The notes beneath the pieces were generated by a model that worked only from the letters and a program-made list of their open reading frames with translations, did not search any database and was not told the origin of the DNA. A program made the translations under genes and the position numbers. Shown piece after piece: positions 1 through 8,990 of a DNA stretch of 35,556 nt (the stretch's first letter is position 1; the number at the start of each line of letters is the position of its first letter). This stretch comes from a virus (taxonomy: Duplodnaviria; Caudoviricetes): IMG/VR virus record IMGVR_UViG_3300011443_000036, positions 1 to 35,556 of that record. One strand, given 5' to 3'.

Positions 1-1
1 C

Positions 2-175
2 CTCAAGCCCGCCCCGCGGATCGATCTGCTCCTCAACCTGCCGAAGGCGGTCCAGCGCGAGACCTGCCGCCGGTGGGCGCGCATGTTGAACATGCGCGTG
101 CGGGACGAGGACACCCGGGAAGTGTTGACCACCCTGATCAAGGCCGCAGCCGACGCGTTGGAGGCGATTGCGTAA
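2..175 (+). CDS. Hypothetical protein, 5'-truncated by window edge
   Basis: Open frame LKPAPRIDLLLNLPK...ADALEAIA ending TAA 173-175, directly followed by ATG 176; GC3-rich codons. Confidence 0.6.
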   Translation, partial: LKPAPRIDLLLNLPKAVQRETCRRWARMLNMRVRDEDTREVLTTLIKAAADALEAIA

Positions 176-508
176 ATGTCGAACGAACCCACGCGCCCCT
201 ATCTGCAGGAAGCCGTCCAGATCGCGAGCGGGACGAGCCGTCTCCTGCCGCAGCGCGAGCACTTGATGGCGCTCGCCACCGAGTTCGAGGCCGTCGTGGC
301 GCTGAACAAGACCTATAGCGAGGCGATGTCGGTGCTGATGATGTTCGCGCGCTCGCCGCGGTTCCCCATCAGCGCGGAAGCGGTGATGAAGGTGCGCGCG
401 CAGAAGAGCGAGATGCACGTCGAACGGTGCGCGGACGGCAGTCTGCTGATCTCGCGGCGGGTGCTCTCGCCTCCGCCGTCGGAGCCCATAACCGGAAAGG
501 TGATGTGA
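176..508 (+). CDS. Hypothetical protein (110 aa)
   Basis: GGAGG upstream, abuts previous stop, GC3-rich codons. Confidence 0.7.
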   Translation: MSNEPTRPYLQEAVQIASGTSRLLPQREHLMALATEFEAVVALNKTYSEAMSVLMMFARSPRFPISAEAVMKVRAQKSEMHVERCADGSLLISRRVLSPPPSEPITGKVM

Positions 509-511
509 CAG

Positions 512-649
512 ATGGCACTCACAGAGCACGACTACGCACTCGCGAACGAGGACGAACGGCGCTTGAAGTCCGTGGCGGCGTTCGCGATCGGCTCGTTCAT
601 CGTCGTGGTGGTCCTCGTCAGCGCGGCCGTGCTGGCGGTGTGGCGGTGA
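512..649 (+). CDS. Small single-pass membrane protein (45 aa)
   Basis: Read manually: MALTEHDYALANEDERRLKSVAAFAIGSFIVVVVLVSAAVLAVWR. AAGGTG upstream; C-terminal hydrophobic helix. Confidence 0.65.
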   Translation: MALTEHDYALANEDERRLKSVAAFAIGSFIVVVVLVSAAVLAVWR

Positions 650-741
650 ACCGGCAGGATGCTGGCATGACCCTCGTCCTGGCGATCGTTATCGCCGCGC
701 TGATCATCTTGAGCGCCGGTCTGCCGTGGGGGCTCGCGTAA
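646..741 (+). CDS. Small hydrophobic peptide with prepilin-like N-terminus (31 aa)
   Basis: GTGA overlap with previous stop; MNRQDAG-MTLVLAIVIAALIILSAGLPWGLA. Confidence 0.5.
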   Translation: MNRQDAGMTLVLAIVIAALIILSAGLPWGLA

Positions 742-743
742 CC

Positions 744-908
744 GTGGCGACCGAGCTGCGGTGGGCGCTCGCGCTGCTGGTGCTGTTCCTCGTCGGACGC
801 TTCGCGTGGCGCTGGCAGAAACCGTTCGTGTCGCGCGACTCGGTGGACGTGACCTCGAGGAGTTTCAAGCGGAAGCTGCACGAGATAGAGCGGTCGTCCG
901 TGCGGTAG
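744..908 (+). CDS. Small membrane-anchored protein (54 aa)
   Basis: GTG 744; MATELRWALALLVLFLVGRFAWRW, then a basic tail. Confidence 0.55.
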   Translation: MATELRWALALLVLFLVGRFAWRWQKPFVSRDSVDVTSRSFKRKLHEIERSSVR

Positions 909-918
909 TACATGCAAA

Positions 919-946
919 GGGCCGGGCGATTGCAGCCGCCCGGCCC
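919..946. promoter_or_regulatory. Intergenic GC-rich stem-loop
   Basis: GGGCCGGGCG (919-928) pairs perfectly with CGCCCGGCCC (937-946), 8-nt loop. No clear U-tract. Confidence 0.55.
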
Positions 947-970
947 CATTCAGCGAAGGAGAGGTGAACC

Positions 971-2059
971 GTGTCAGCCCCCACGATAACAAAACCCACA
1001 GGGAACCGTCAAATGGAACAACCGACGCAGACGCAGGCGCTTGCGCGACAGACCGTCATCGAAGGCGAGATCGTCGACGCCGGCGGATTCAACACCAAGA
1101 TTGCCGAGTGGCAACGCCAGGGCTTCAACGTCCTGACGCCGGTGGTCACGCTCAACTCCATCCCCCGCGACCATCGCATCGTCGTGAACCGCATCGCCAT
1201 CAACCCTGACCCAGGCGCCGGCGAAGTGTTCGCCAATCCCTTGTTCTGCAAGAGCGGGGAAGTGGCGCTCTCGAAGGTGGGACTGGAGAAGGTGGCGCAG
1301 TGCGCCGGCATCAGCATCACCGAAAGTGTCCGCGTCGACAGCGGAACCGTGCCGCATCTCTACTCCTACCGCGTCACGGGCCGATGGACCGGCTTCGACG
1401 GCAACACCATCGCGCGGCAGGCGAACAAGACCCTCGACCTGCGCGACGGCTCGAACGAGCTGAAGGGGTTCCAAGCGAACCAGATCGACCAGACGCGCCG
1501 CCACGGCGAAGCCATCTGTGAGTCGAAGGCGATCAATCGCCTCTACCGCATGTATGGCCTCCGCCAGAAGTACACCCAACGGGAACTGGCGGAACGGCCG
1601 TTCATCGTCCTCAAGCTCCAGTGGGAGCCGGACATGACCAACCCGGTCGTCGCGGCGCTCGTCACGCAAATGCGCATGGGCGCCGAGCGGCTGCTCTTCC
1701 CGCAGGTCGTGCCGGTGGACCCGAGCACGCTCGCGCAACACCAGCTCCCGCCCGACCTGCGGCAGGCGACGACCGAGGTGCTGCCCGACGAGGACGAGCA
1801 GGACGCGCCCTACGAGATCACGGCCACGCCGGCGGCGGCGAAGCCCATCGACGAGCCGACCTTTCTGGTCGAGGGCGTCTATAAGTCAGGCGACGCCATC
1901 TACTGCCGGATCGAAGGCGACGAGGCGCCGGTCTGGATTCAGTCGATTGACCTCGCGAACGCGGCGAAGGCGGCGGCCACCGGGAAACGGCGCGTCGTGC
2001 TCACCATCGAAGTGCGTGGCGAAGATCGCGTCCTGACGCGCGTGGCGGAGGCTCTGTAG
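971..2059 (+). CDS. Putative single-strand annealing protein (Rad52/RecT-like recombinase)
   Basis: LSKVGLEKVAQCAGI and ICESKAINRLYR resemble the annealase 'AETKAxNRAIR' helix. Acidic/Pro-rich linker. Sits upstream of sbcD-sbcC. Strong SD AAGGAGAGG; alternative start ATG 1013. Confidence 0.6.
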   Translation: MSAPTITKPTGNRQMEQPTQTQALARQTVIEGEIVDAGGFNTKIAEWQRQGFNVLTPVVTLNSIPRDHRIVVNRIAINPDPGAGEVFANPLFCKSGEVALSKVGLEKVAQCAGISITESVRVDSGTVPHLYSYRVTGRWTGFDGNTIARQANKTLDLRDGSNELKGFQANQIDQTRRHGEAICESKAINRLYRMYGLRQKYTQRELAERPFIVLKLQWEPDMTNPVVAALVTQMRMGAERLLFPQVVPVDPSTLAQHQLPPDLRQATTEVLPDEDEQDAPYEITATPAAAKPIDEPTFLVEGVYKSGDAIYCRIEGDEAPVWIQSIDLANAAKAAATGKRRVVLTIEVRGEDRVLTRVAEAL

Positions 2060-2064
2060 CCGCC

Positions 2065-2322
2065 ATGCCGCAGACCGTCCTGATCATCTGCGAAGGCCCG
2101 TGTAACCCCATGATTGGCGAAGTCGACACGCTCGCGCGGGACTTCTCCAAGACCAAGGCGATCTACACCACCAGCCGTCCCTTCGACGGCGTTACGCGCA
2201 TGTTGGACCTACAGCGCCAGCTGCGCCACACGCCACATACGGTGGAGGACCACCGCACCGCGACGTGCGTGGAGTGCGGTCGCGAACGGCAGTACGGCGG
2301 CAATCCGCGGGGGACGTGGTAA
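2065..2322 (+). CDS. Hypothetical protein with CxxxC/H/CxxC metal-binding pattern
   Basis: ICEGPCN ... HTPH ... TCVECG. Confidence 0.65.
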   Translation: MPQTVLIICEGPCNPMIGEVDTLARDFSKTKAIYTTSRPFDGVTRMLDLQRQLRHTPHTVEDHRTATCVECGRERQYGGNPRGTW

Positions 2323-2810
2323 TGACCCTGCGAGGCGCTCAGCGCAAAGGTCCGCTTCCGGTTAGATTCTGGCGCTCTGTAAAGAAGTCCGCAGACGGGT
2401 GCTGGTTATGGTCTGCCTCAGTCAACACATGGGGCTACGGCCAGATTCGAGACGAGGAGGGACGCTACTCAGGCGCCCATCGTATTTCGTGGCGTCTTGA
2501 GTACGGTGAGATTCCAGCGGGAATGTCTGTTTTGCATCGGTGCGACAAACCGCGGTGCGTGCGTCCTGACCATCTCTTCCTTGGCAAGCAGGGCGACAAC
2601 ATCAAAGACAAGGTATTGAAGGCGCGGCAGGCCCGCGGCACTACGCACGGCAGCGTGAAGCTGACGGTAGAACAGGTGCGTGAGATCCGTGCGGCCTCGC
2701 GTGGACGTCGCGGCTCACCAGTGCTCAAGGAACTCGCGCGCAGGTTCGGTGTATCCGTTGCCACTGTGAATGACGTGCGGACCGGCAAGAGCTGGGGAGG
2801 TGTCGCGTGA
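2322..2810 (+). CDS. HNH homing endonuclease (HNH_3 type) with C-terminal HTH
   Basis: RFW..V, CWLW, GYG, AHRISW, HRCDKPRCVRPDHL...N; C-terminal LARRFGVSVATV. ATG overlaps the previous TAA; lower GC than neighbours. Confidence 0.9.
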   Translation: MTLRGAQRKGPLPVRFWRSVKKSADGCWLWSASVNTWGYGQIRDEEGRYSGAHRISWRLEYGEIPAGMSVLHRCDKPRCVRPDHLFLGKQGDNIKDKVLKARQARGTTHGSVKLTVEQVREIRAASRGRRGSPVLKELARRFGVSVATVNDVRTGKSWGGVA

Positions 2811-4084
2811 CGAGCATTGTGGCGTTCGGAGACTCGCACATCCGCTCGAACAGCTCTCGAAACCAAGCGCGGTTGAGGTCGTGGGACCAGATCATCCACG
2901 AAGGGCGATTACTGGCGAACCTTGGCGCATGGCTGCACGTGGGTGACGTGTTCGATGCGCGCTCGACGCCGGACGACCGCGCCGAAGTCGCGCAGCGGTT
3001 CCAAGCGATGGGTGAGGTCGCTCCCGTTCTGGTGGCGCACGGGAATCACTGCGCACCTGGCGACCTTCCCTTGATGGCGAAGCTGAAGTCTCGACACCCC
3101 ATCTATGTCGCGGTGCGGCCAGAAGTGTTCCGGTTCACGCTGGCGACAGGCGAAGCAGCCGCATGGGGCCTCATCCCTTACCCGCATCGGTCGGCGCTCG
3201 TCGCCGCTGGTGTACCGCATCAGGACATCGGCACGGCTGCAGCCGTGGCGCTCGACGCCATCTGCATGTCGATGGCCCATGAGATGGCGGAGGCGCGAAC
3301 ACAAGGCGCGCTCGTGCTCTTGGCCGGCCACGGCACGCTCGCTGGCGCACGAACGAGCGCGGGCCAACCGATGGGGCTTGATGGGGACATCGCCTTCACG
3401 GCCACGATGTTGGAACGCTTCGGAGATATCCCGAAGCTGTTCGGCCACATCCATGCTCCGCAGGAGCTCTACGGCGCGTGGTACACCGGCTCGATCGCGG
3501 CGTCGGACTGGTCAGAAATTGAGGAGAAGCGATATTGCGTCGTGTCGTGGGATGGCACGCGCTGGGCGATGACGTCGCATCCACTTGACACACCGAAGCT
3601 GTACCACATCGACGGCCGGTTGACGCCAGATGGCTTCGATTGGACGTGCGACGACGGCGACGAGGCGCATCAGGCTGGGCCTGGGTTCTTCGCTGGATCT
3701 GAGGTGCGTGTGCGCTACCACTTCCTCGCCGCGGAGAAAGCCGCGCTCGATGAAAGCCTTGTGCGAGCCCCATTCGTCGGCGCCGCACGGCTCGACGTGG
3801 AACCCATCGCTCTGCGCACACGGAGCGTGCGGGCGCCGGAGGTCGCGGCGGCCGTGACGTTAGACCAGAAGGTGCAGGCGTTCGTCCGGTCCGCCGGGCT
3901 CGACTGGTCGCCAGGGCTCGACGCCAAGCTGGCGGCGCTGCAGCAGCCGGACGGCGCGGCCTTCCTCACCGAGGTTCAACAGAACTTGCCCGAGTCGCAG
4001 CGAACGGTATCCCTGTCGTCACCGACAGCCGCCGACCTCCCTGCCGGCTCGGGCAGGACAGTTCAGACTGCGGTGGCGTCGTGA
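2807..4084 (+). CDS. sbcD: SbcD/Mre11-like metallophosphoesterase exonuclease
   Basis: Phosphoesterase motifs GDSH, GDVFD, GNH, GHG, GHIH; upstream of an SMC-like ATPase. Confidence 0.9.
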   Translation: MTSIVAFGDSHIRSNSSRNQARLRSWDQIIHEGRLLANLGAWLHVGDVFDARSTPDDRAEVAQRFQAMGEVAPVLVAHGNHCAPGDLPLMAKLKSRHPIYVAVRPEVFRFTLATGEAAAWGLIPYPHRSALVAAGVPHQDIGTAAAVALDAICMSMAHEMAEARTQGALVLLAGHGTLAGARTSAGQPMGLDGDIAFTATMLERFGDIPKLFGHIHAPQELYGAWYTGSIAASDWSEIEEKRYCVVSWDGTRWAMTSHPLDTPKLYHIDGRLTPDGFDWTCDDGDEAHQAGPGFFAGSEVRVRYHFLAAEKAALDESLVRAPFVGAARLDVEPIALRTRSVRAPEVAAAVTLDQKVQAFVRSAGLDWSPGLDAKLAALQQPDGAAFLTEVQQNLPESQRTVSLSSPTAADLPAGSGRTVQTAVAS

Positions 4085-4476
4085 GGCGCGGCGCTCAGGC
4101 GCGGCTCGGGTTCGACCGTCCTGCGGTCGACCACGCGCAGGCGCACGAGACCCAACGCTCTCGCGTGTTCGATCTGCTGTCCGACTTGCAATGGCACACG
4201 TTCGCGGAGTTGGCGCGCGTCGGTGGGATTCGTTACGGCGCGCGGCTCCTTGAGCTAAAGCGGCTCGGGTTTGAGTTCGCCGATCGCGAGTATCGCGATG
4301 GGAAGGAATATCGACTCGTCAGCCTCACGCAAGGGTTTGGTCAGCGAAAACGGGTGAAGGTGTTCCTTGAACCCGAGGACGTGCGAGCGATGTTGGGTCT
4401 CTCACTCACGACCGCCGCGCGTGCCGCGCTCGCGGACGCGTTAGGGTCGTTCACCGCAAATAAGGAGAAGTTGTGA
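4081..4476 (+). CDS. Winged-helix-type DNA-binding protein
   Basis: RVFDLLSDLQWHTFAELARVGGIRYGARLLELKRLG...EYRL pattern; overlaps both neighbours by 4 nt. Confidence 0.6.
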   Translation: MRRGAQARLGFDRPAVDHAQAHETQRSRVFDLLSDLQWHTFAELARVGGIRYGARLLELKRLGFEFADREYRDGKEYRLVSLTQGFGQRKRVKVFLEPEDVRAMLGLSLTTAARAALADALGSFTANKEKL

Positions 4477-7013
4477 AGAGCGAACGGCTCACCATTCAAG
4501 GGCTCCTGCGGTTTAACGACCGCGTGAGCCTCGACCTGCGCGACCTGCCGCCCGGGCTCATCGCCTTCGTGGGCGGCAACGGGGAAGGCAAGACCACGAT
4601 GCTCGAAACGGGCGTCGCGTCGTGGTTCCGGCAGCTCCCGAGCCGGGAGAAGCCGCTCGTGGACTACGTCTCGCGCGCGGACGGGTTCATCGAACACCAA
4701 TTTGAACTCGAAGGCCAGGGCGTCTACACCGCCCGCGTGAACCTCGACGGCCCGCACCGCGTCTCCGAGGCCGTGCTCACGCGCGTCCTGCCGGACGGCT
4801 CCACGGTGTTCCTGAACGACGGCAAGCTCAAGACGTTCGACGCGGCGATCGCGGAGCTGCTCCCGCCGCAAGCCATCCTCCTCGCGTCGGTCTTTGCCGC
4901 GCAGAACCGCAATGGCGCGTTCTCAAAGCTGGACCGCAAGGGGAAGGCCGAACTGCTCTCGTCCCTGCTCGGGCTGAACCATCTCGCGGCGCTCAGCGCC
5001 AAGGCGAAGCTGGCGGCTGGCGTCGTGCAGGTCGAGATCGAGAAACTGACCGCCCGCCGCGACGTCTTGAGCCGAGGCGGCGAGACGGTCGAGACGGACC
5101 TTGAGCAGCGCGCCCAGCGGCTGCAGGCGGAGGGCGGTCAGCTCGAAGCCGACAAGCGGCTCCTTGGGCATGACATCAGGGGGGTCGAGCAGCGGCTCAC
5201 GCTCGTGGCGGAGGCGTCCGCACGGCACGCCGTCGCCACGGCCAGGGCTGGACTGATCGTGGTGGAGATCGCCGCCAGGACGGCCGAGGAGACGCGCGCG
5301 GCGGCCGACCTGCAGGACGTCGACCTCTCGCTGATGCGGGATCTGGACGTCGCGCAGACAGACCTGACGGCCCGGCTCTCGGCGCTCGACGCGGAAGCCC
5401 GGGACACGTCGGTCTACGAGAAGGAACGCCGCGACGCCGACCTTGTGAAGGCGTCAACGGACCGTGCGGCCGATGAACGGATCGAGAACAACCGGAGCTA
5501 TCTCGCTGACGCCGAGGGGATTCGCGCCGCCGCGCGCGCAGTGGAGGAGACGGACACCGCGATTGCCACCTTCCGGAAGGAGCTGGGTAAGCTCGGCGCC
5601 GAGGTCTCCGCGCATCTCAACACCGAGCGGGCCCACCTCCAGGCGCTGCGCGACATCGAAGACGCCGAGCGCGGGCTTGCTAAGGCCGAGTCGGATTTGG
5701 TGTATCTCAACGACGTGCCGTGCAAGGGCGAGGGCCCCTATATGGGCTGTGCGTTCCTCTTGCAGGCCGCCGGCGCCAAGGTCCGCATTCCCGCCCTGCA
5801 GGACCTCATCGCGCCGAAGGATGAAATCAGCGCAACCCTCACCGCGCTGCGCATCGACATCGCGAACACCAACGACACGATCGCGGCGATACAGGAGGGC
5901 ATCAGGGAATTGGAGGACTCCCACCAGACCCTCAAGGTCGAGGCGGGCAAGCTCCCCGCACTCGCCCAGGCCGAAGAGCGCATCGCCAGCCTGACGCAGC
6001 GGAAAGCGGACGCGGTCGTCACGCACGCCCGTGCCCACGAGGAGGCCGGCGCCAGGGAAGGGCGACGGCTCGAGGATTTGGCAGCGCGGCGGCTGGCGCG
6101 GGAGCAGGAGCACACCACGGACGTCGCGCGGCTGAAGGCTAGGGCGGAGGAGCGGCGGACGGCGCTCACCGCGCAGTTGGCGCGGCTGCACGAGACGCTC
6201 TGGACGCTCGGGCGGGAACAGGCAGACGTGGCGGTGACGGTCATCCTCACCGAGGACGCCAGTGCGACCGCGGCAGAGCAGACGACGCTCTTGAGCCTTA
6301 AGCGGCAGGAGTGGGACCGATGCGTCTCGGCGCTCGCACGCGTTGAGGCGGAACGGCAGGAGTTGGCCCGGCGGATCGAGGAGGAACGCGCGAGACGGGA
6401 GGAGGTCGCGCGCGTGGACGAACAGCTCACCGCACACCGGCGGGACGTGGGCGAGTGGACCCTACTCGCCAAGGCGCTCGGTCGTGACGGACTGCCCGTC
6501 CTCGAAATCGACGCCGCCGGGCCCACCATCTCCGCCCTGGCGAACGACCTCATGCAGGCGTGCTACGGCGGCCGGTTCACGCTGGATCTGGTGACGCAGG
6601 TCGCCCGCACCTCGAAGGGGAAGGATGGGGACGCCTTCAAGGACGCGCTGGACGTGCTCCTGTTCGATGCCGAGCGCGGCGGCGCGCAGCGGGACCTCAG
6701 CGACCTGTCTGGCGGCGAGCAGGTCATCGTCGATGAAGTGCTCCGGTCCGCGATCGCGCTGTTTCTCACGCAGCGCAGCCAGACCCCCCTACGCACGCTC
6801 TGGCGGGACGAGTGCACGGGCGCGCTCGACCAAGAGAACGGGCCGCGCTACATCGCCATGTTGCGGCGGCTGCAGGCACTCGGCGGCTTTCACCACATCA
6901 TCGCGATCATCCATACCCCTGAGTGGGCGGAGATGGCCGATGCCCAGGTGCGGTTTGCCGGCGGACAGGTGACGGTGGAGATGGCGCCCTACGGGCGCAC
7001 GGAGGCAGCATGA
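4473..7013 (+). CDS. sbcC: SbcC/Rad50-like SMC ATPase
   Basis: Walker A GGNGEGKTT, Q-loop FAAQN, long coiled coil, signature LSGGE, Walker B LWRDE, D-loop GALD, H-loop IIH. Confidence 0.93.
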   Translation: MKSERLTIQGLLRFNDRVSLDLRDLPPGLIAFVGGNGEGKTTMLETGVASWFRQLPSREKPLVDYVSRADGFIEHQFELEGQGVYTARVNLDGPHRVSEAVLTRVLPDGSTVFLNDGKLKTFDAAIAELLPPQAILLASVFAAQNRNGAFSKLDRKGKAELLSSLLGLNHLAALSAKAKLAAGVVQVEIEKLTARRDVLSRGGETVETDLEQRAQRLQAEGGQLEADKRLLGHDIRGVEQRLTLVAEASARHAVATARAGLIVVEIAARTAEETRAAADLQDVDLSLMRDLDVAQTDLTARLSALDAEARDTSVYEKERRDADLVKASTDRAADERIENNRSYLADAEGIRAAARAVEETDTAIATFRKELGKLGAEVSAHLNTERAHLQALRDIEDAERGLAKAESDLVYLNDVPCKGEGPYMGCAFLLQAAGAKVRIPALQDLIAPKDEISATLTALRIDIANTNDTIAAIQEGIRELEDSHQTLKVEAGKLPALAQAEERIASLTQRKADAVVTHARAHEEAGAREGRRLEDLAARRLAREQEHTTDVARLKARAEERRTALTAQLARLHETLWTLGREQADVAVTVILTEDASATAAEQTTLLSLKRQEWDRCVSALARVEAERQELARRIEEERARREEVARVDEQLTAHRRDVGEWTLLAKALGRDGLPVLEIDAAGPTISALANDLMQACYGGRFTLDLVTQVARTSKGKDGDAFKDALDVLLFDAERGGAQRDLSDLSGGEQVIVDEVLRSAIALFLTQRSQTPLRTLWRDECTGALDQENGPRYIAMLRRLQALGGFHHIIAIIHTPEWAEMADAQVRFAGGQVTVEMAPYGRTEAA

Positions 7014-7267
7014 AGGTGCAGGACCTCATCGAGATCACCGCGGACGCCAAGCTCGCGATCAACAACGAGCCGCATCTCGTACAGCTCTACGTGGCGTCGC
7101 TGCTCTTCTCGCACGCCGTCGAGGTGCTTGGGAAGCACGAGCAACTCCCAGCGGTGGCCTATCAAGCGTTGGAGAGGCTGACCATTGAACTCGCGGGCTT
7201 AGGCCGGGCGATTGAGGCCCTACTCTGCGACGACGCCGATATGGATAGCGTCGAGACGCGGCACTAG
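7010..7267 (+). CDS. Hypothetical protein (85 aa)
   Basis: GGAGG SD, ATGA overlap with sbcC stop; MKVQDLIEITADAK... Confidence 0.6.
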   Translation: MKVQDLIEITADAKLAINNEPHLVQLYVASLLFSHAVEVLGKHEQLPAVAYQALERLTIELAGLGRAIEALLCDDADMDSVETRH

Positions 7268-7271
7268 GCCC

Positions 7272-7715
7272 ATGCCCATCGACTACAACGCGCTCGCGCT
7301 GCCCAAAACGCCGAAGGCTGTGACCCAGCGTGAGGCGTTCAAGGAGAACCGGCGCGGGATCGAGCGGGACGAGAAGCTGAAGAAGCAGATCGCCCGCACG
7401 CGCGACAACGACGCGCTGCCCGGCCGCGGATGCCGGTGGCCGAAGGCGGACCACGACACCGAAGGGCACAAGTGCGAGGGACCGCTCGAAATGATGCACC
7501 GCGTCCCCAAGGGCATGGGCGGGGATAAGACCGGGGAGCGCACCAGTACCGACGACCTGCTACAGGCGTGCCAGCACATTCACCAGCGAAGCAAAGACGC
7601 GGTCGAGCGCCACGGGCGCACGTGGATCGGCTCTGCGAATCACCCCGTCACCTTCGTGCGCCGCGGCGTGGTCGTCGGCGTCGAGAAGCGGATCGGCGTC
7701 CTACGTGTCAAATAA
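7272..7715 (+). CDS. HNH-like nuclease
   Basis: RD..C...C..LEMMH...GMGG...DDLLQACQHIH matches the HNH beta-beta-alpha layout, with Asp in place of the Asn. Confidence 0.6.
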   Translation: MPIDYNALALPKTPKAVTQREAFKENRRGIERDEKLKKQIARTRDNDALPGRGCRWPKADHDTEGHKCEGPLEMMHRVPKGMGGDKTGERTSTDDLLQACQHIHQRSKDAVERHGRTWIGSANHPVTFVRRGVVVGVEKRIGVLRVK

Positions 7716-7733
7716 CCGAGGAGAGAGAATTCC

Positions 7734-8087
7734 ATGTTCCTGAACACGATGAAAGACCTGCGCGACGGCGTGGTCATCCCTGAAATCGACGAGCAACTGA
7801 AGCAGCTCGTGGCCGACGTGCGCGCCACTGGCAAGGGCGGCAAGCTGACGATCACCCTCGCGGTGAACCCGCTGAAGCAGGGCGCCAACCACATGCTCAG
7901 CATCACGGACGACATCAAGGTCTCGCCGCCGGCACGCGACCGCGAGTCGACCATTCTCTACGCCACCGAGGACAACGAGCTATCGCGTCGCGACCCGCGC
8001 CAGCCCGAACTGAAGAACTTCCGAGAGACCGCGAAGGTCGCCCCGATGCCGCCCACGGCGGAGAAAGTAGCTGCGAGCCATGAATGA
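7734..8087 (+). CDS. YfdP-like phage protein (usual partner of DUF2303)
   Basis: LKQLVADVRATGKGGKLTITL ... LSRRDPRQ; strong SD; directly upstream of the DUF2303-like gene. Confidence 0.7.
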   Translation: MFLNTMKDLRDGVVIPEIDEQLKQLVADVRATGKGGKLTITLAVNPLKQGANHMLSITDDIKVSPPARDRESTILYATEDNELSRRDPRQPELKNFRETAKVAPMPPTAEKVAASHE

Positions 8088-8985
8088 GAAAGCGAAAGAC
8101 GCGCTGCGCGCCGCGGTCAGCGACGCGGGGGCGGCGGCCCTCCTCGGCATCGAGAACGCCGAGGCGCACGCGCATATGGTGACGGAGATCCGGACGGTCG
8201 AGAAGGACGCCCGGCCCTTCCGCGTCACCGCCGACGGCACGCCCGCGTCACTGGAGGGCTGGCTGCTCCAGCCGGTCTCTGTCCGGGCCGAGGTGGAGCT
8301 CTACGACGTCGTGGGCTTCGGCGCCTACGTGAACCGCTTCAAAGGGCCTTCGACGCTCGTGTTCGCGGATGAGCGTAACGGCCGGTTCACCGCGGTCATC
8401 GACTATCACGACCCGGTGAGCGGGCAGGGCCTCGCGATTGGGCCCCAATGGCTGCGGAACCGCGCGTTCCTGCAACTCCAGCACACGGACGAATGGAACG
8501 AGTGGCTCGCGCAGGATGGCGTCGAGAAGGCCATGAGCCAAGAGGCGTTCGCACAATTCCTCGAGGACCACATCCCGCAGATTGCGGCGCCGGCCGGCGC
8601 GAAGCTCGTGGAGATGGCGCGCAACCTCGAAGCGACCGTGTCGGGTAAGTTCAACTCCGCGATCCGTGCCAATGACGGCTCGGTGAACTTCGCCTACGTC
8701 AAGGACGTGCAGGCCACGTCGACCTCCGTGGATGGCAAGGTGGCGCTGCCGACCGAGGTGCAGCTGATGCTGAAGCCCTACGAATCACTGGCAGACCGCT
8801 ATCAGGTCGTCGGCAAGCTGCGCTATCGCATCAGCGGCGGGCGCCTGGCGCTGTGGTTCGACCTGTTCGGCGTCGACGAAGCCATCGAGCAGGCATTCGG
8901 GGACCTCACGGCGGCCGTGACCGCGCAAGTGTCACCGACGGTCGTCCTGGCTGGACCGGCGCCGAAGGCGCAGACGGCGGAGTAA
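8080..8985 (+). CDS. yfdQ: YfdQ/DUF2303 family protein
   Basis: AVIDYH, W..NRA.L...TDEWNEW, MSQEAFAQFLED, LRYR motifs. Confidence 0.8.
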   Translation: MNEKAKDALRAAVSDAGAAALLGIENAEAHAHMVTEIRTVEKDARPFRVTADGTPASLEGWLLQPVSVRAEVELYDVVGFGAYVNRFKGPSTLVFADERNGRFTAVIDYHDPVSGQGLAIGPQWLRNRAFLQLQHTDEWNEWLAQDGVEKAMSQEAFAQFLEDHIPQIAAPAGAKLVEMARNLEATVSGKFNSAIRANDGSVNFAYVKDVQATSTSVDGKVALPTEVQLMLKPYESLADRYQVVGKLRYRISGGRLALWFDLFGVDEAIEQAFGDLTAAVTAQVSPTVVLAGPAPKAQTAE

Positions 8986-8990
8986 GGGAA

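Noticed and set aside
3986-4057. Possible promoter and stem in the sbcD 3' tail
   Set aside because: The -10 candidate TATCCC is poor, spacing is 16 nt, and GC-rich stems are common by chance
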